From contig NC_092384.1 in NCBI RefSeq assembly GCF_030028105.1, forward strand, positions 12,674,316 through 12,738,315: 64,000 nt of DNA. The letters are read 5' to 3'. Position 1 is the first letter of the stretch. Every line of letters begins with the position of its first letter. The notes beneath the pieces are model-generated. The model worked only from the letters and a program-made list of their open reading frames with translations, had not been told where the DNA came from and ran no database searches. Of this stretch, positions 62,010 through 64,000 are shown one piece after another. The position numbers were made by a program, and so were the translations under genes. This DNA comes from Mobula birostris. Taxonomy: Eukaryota.

Positions 62010-63865
62010 GAAAGAAAGAAGCTTAAAAAGAGGCTGAGGAGAGCAAGAAGGGGGCATGAGAAGACTTTAGCGAGTAGGGTCATGGAAAATCCCAAGACAT
62101 TCTTCAATTATGTGAAGAACAAAAGTGAAGATAGGACAGATAAGAGATAAAGATGGGAAGATGTGCCTGGAAGCTGTGGAAGTGAGCGAGATCCTCAATT
62201 AATACTTCTCTTCGGCATTCACAAATGAGAGGGAACTTGATGACGGTGAGGACAATATGAGTGAAGTTGATGTTCTGGAGCATGTTGATATTAAGGGAGA
62301 GGAGGTGTTGGAGTTGTTAAAATACTTTAGGACGGATAAGTCCCCGGGAACTGACGGAATATTCCCCAGGCTGCTCCACGAGGCGAGGGAAGAGATTTCT
62401 GCGCCTATGGCTAGGATCTTTATGTCCTCGTTGTCCATGGGAATGGTACCGGAGGATTGGAGGGAGGCGAATGCCGTCCCCTTGTTCAAAAAAGTTAGTA
62501 GGAATAGTCCGGGTAATTATAGACCAGTGATCCTTACGTCTGTGGTGGGAAAACTGTTGGAGAAGATTCTTACAGATAGGATCTATGGGCATTTAGAGAA
62601 TCATGGTCTGACCGGGGACAGTCAGCATGGCTTTGTGAAGGGCAGATCGTGTCTAACAAGCCTGACAGAGTTCTTTGAGGAGGTGACCAGGCATATAGAT
62701 GAGGGTAGTGCAGTGGATGTGACGTACATGGATTTTTGTAAGGCATTTGAAAAGGTTCTACACGGTACGCTCATTCAGAAAGTCAGAAGGCATGGGGTCC
62801 AGGGAAGTTTGGCCAGGTGGTTTCAGAATTGTCATGGTGGAGGGAGTACATTCGGATTGGAGGTTTGTGACTAGTGGTGTCCCACAACGATCGGTTCTGG
62901 GACCTCTACTTTTCGTGATTTTTATTAACTATCTGGATGTGGGGGTAGAAGGGTGGGTTGGCAAATTTCCAGACGACACAAAGGTTGGTGGTGCAGTGAA
63001 TAGTGTAGAGAATTGTCAAAGCTTGCAGAGAGGCATTGATAGGATGCAGAGGTGGGCTCAGAAGAGGCAGATGTAGATCGACCCAGAGAATTGTGAGTTT
63101 GTACACTTTGGAAGGGCAAACTCCAAGGCAGAGTACAAAGTAAATGGCAGGATACTTGGAAGAGCGGAGGAGGAGAGGGATCTGGGGGTACATATCCACA
63201 GATCCCTGAAAGTTGCCTCACAGGTAGATAGAATAGTTAAGAAAGCTTATGGAGTGTTAGCTTTCATAAGTCAAGGGATAGAGTTTAAGAGTAGCGGGGT
63301 AATTATGCAGGTCTATAAAACTTTGGTTAGGGCACACTTGGAGTGCAGTGTCCAGTTGTTGTCGCTTCACTATAGGAAGGATGTGCGAGCGTTGGAAAGG
63401 GTACAGAGGATATTTACCAGGATACTGCCCGGTTTCGAGAGTATGTATTATGATCGGATATTAAGGGAGCTAGGGCTTTACTCTCTGGATAGAAGAAGGA
63501 TGAGAGTAGACATGATAGAGTTATACAAGATATTAAGAGGAATAGATAGAGTGGACAGCCAGTGCCTCTTCCCCAGGGCACCACTGCTCAATACTAGAGG
63601 ACATGGCTTTAAGGTAAGGGGTGGGAAGTTCAAGAGGGATATTAAAGGAAGCTATTTTACTCAGAGAGTGTTTGGTGCTTGAAATGCACTGCCTGAGTCA
63701 GTGGTGGCCGCAGATACACTAGTGAAATTTAAGAGACTACGAGACAGGAATATGGAGGAATTTAAATGGGGGGGTTATAGGGGAGGCAGGGTTTACGGGG
63801 CGGCACACATTGTGGGCCGAAGGGCCTGTAGTGTGCTATACTGTTCTATGTTCTATGTTCTGTGA
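62010..63865 (+). mobile_element. CR1 ORF2 and 3' end, same subfamily as 28713-32960 and 52320-56480
   Basis: ORFs 62257-62874, 62747-63076 and 63254-63682; (TGTTCTA)n tail. Confidence 0.92.
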
Positions 63866-64000
63866 AACACTTCTGCATGGACTCCTCTCCAAATCATTCA
63901 GTTCAACATCGGCAGCGACATGTCTTGAACACATTGCCCCTTGGCTGTGCGATGCACCAGCACGGTCCATCGTTCGAATCAGTTTCGCCTCCGCTTGCCC

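Noticed and set aside
1-64000. tRNA, rRNA or prokaryotic operon features
   Set aside because: No cloverleaf, rRNA-like segment or operon structure recognised; not checked computationally

Overview
Eukaryotic, vertebrate genomic DNA. The repeat families and the gene type suggest a cartilaginous fish, probably a ray or skate (inference, no database check). Roughly three quarters of the window is transposable-element debris by my coordinate estimate: many CR1 LINE copies of several subfamilies, two Tc1 copies, a mariner MITE, two hAT (Buster/Charlie-type) derivatives with TSDs, Gypsy/LTR pieces, Rex1/Babar, L1 and RTE ends, and a Penelope-like element with hammerhead-ribozyme-like termini. From about 24 kb to 64 kb the sequence is almost all nested TEs. 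One host gene can be assembled by hand on the + strand (9170-19455). It is a spliced immunoglobulin-superfamily receptor: leader, unrearranged V domain with a J-like GxG strand, C1 domain, uncharged TM, and a cytoplasmic tail with three tyrosine motifs (ITIM / ITSM-like / ITIM). One phase-consistent splice model gives about 325 aa. A second equally consistent model includes an extra exon with an in-frame TAA that would remove the inhibitory tail. A diverged block of about 450 bp occurs at 0.6 kb and again at 21.2 kb, hinting at a tandem cluster. Most ORFs in the supplied track are TE fragments or chance ORFs. TE boundaries are approximate unless a TSD or TIR is quoted.
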